NCBI RefSeq assembly: GCF_018350175.1
Contig: NC_058368.1
Location: forward strand, 29,886,001-29,950,000
DNA from: Felis catus
Taxonomy: Eukaryota
Length of the DNA: 64,000 bases
Reading direction: 5' to 3'
Notes under the pieces: generated by a model
Seen by the model: the letters and a program-made list of their open reading frames with translations, nothing else
Database searches by the model: none
What the model was told of the DNA's origin: nothing
Shown here: positions 63,870 to 64,000 of the stretch, piece by piece
How positions within the stretch are numbered: the stretch's first letter is position 1
Layout of the letters: each line of letters begins with the position of its first letter
Program-made: the position numbers and the translations under genes

Positions 63870-64000
63870 TTAAAAAAATTTCCTTAAATGTTCATTTATT
63901 TTTGAGAGACAGAATGTGAGCAGAGGAGGGGCAGAGAGAGACACACACACAGAATCCTAAGTAGGCTCCAGGCTTTGAACTGTCAGCATAGAGCCCGAAG
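63870..64000 (-). mobile_element. Can-SINE, cut by window end
   Basis: tttatttttgagagac...ggaggggcagagagag...ggctccaggc...tgtcagcatagagcccg. Confidence 0.9.

Overview
Mammalian (carnivore, almost certainly felid/cat-like) genomic DNA with no intact protein-coding gene that I can recognise. The lineage call rests on ~25 tRNA-derived Can-SINE (SINEC_Fc-type) copies and carnivore-type L1. Main content: a near-full-length but dead L1 (minus, ~13.15-20.19 kb) nested with a SINE inside a MER21/MER77-like LTR; a 5'-truncated L1 with an apparent short 3' transduction; an RPS10 processed pseudogene; a tailless 5S rRNA retropseudogene; a MaLR (MLT1) LTR and two TG...CA solo LTRs with 4-bp TSDs; hAT/Tc MITEs (MER5, MER53, MER96, MER104-like); MIR/L2 relics; many microsatellites; and an AT-rich, old-L1-dense right-hand ~14 kb. 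Unique sequence at ~22-44 kb carries enhancer/insulator-like signals (a convergent CTCF pair, TAAT-rich blocks, a small CpG pocket). Retroelements lie mostly on the minus strand, which would fit an intron of a + strand gene, but I found no host exon. I see no evidence of a novel biological system; the findings are mostly retrotransposition and mutational-mechanism curiosities plus candidate regulatory elements. Repeat subfamily names come from remembered consensus similarity, not a database search, and boundaries of old repeats are approximate.
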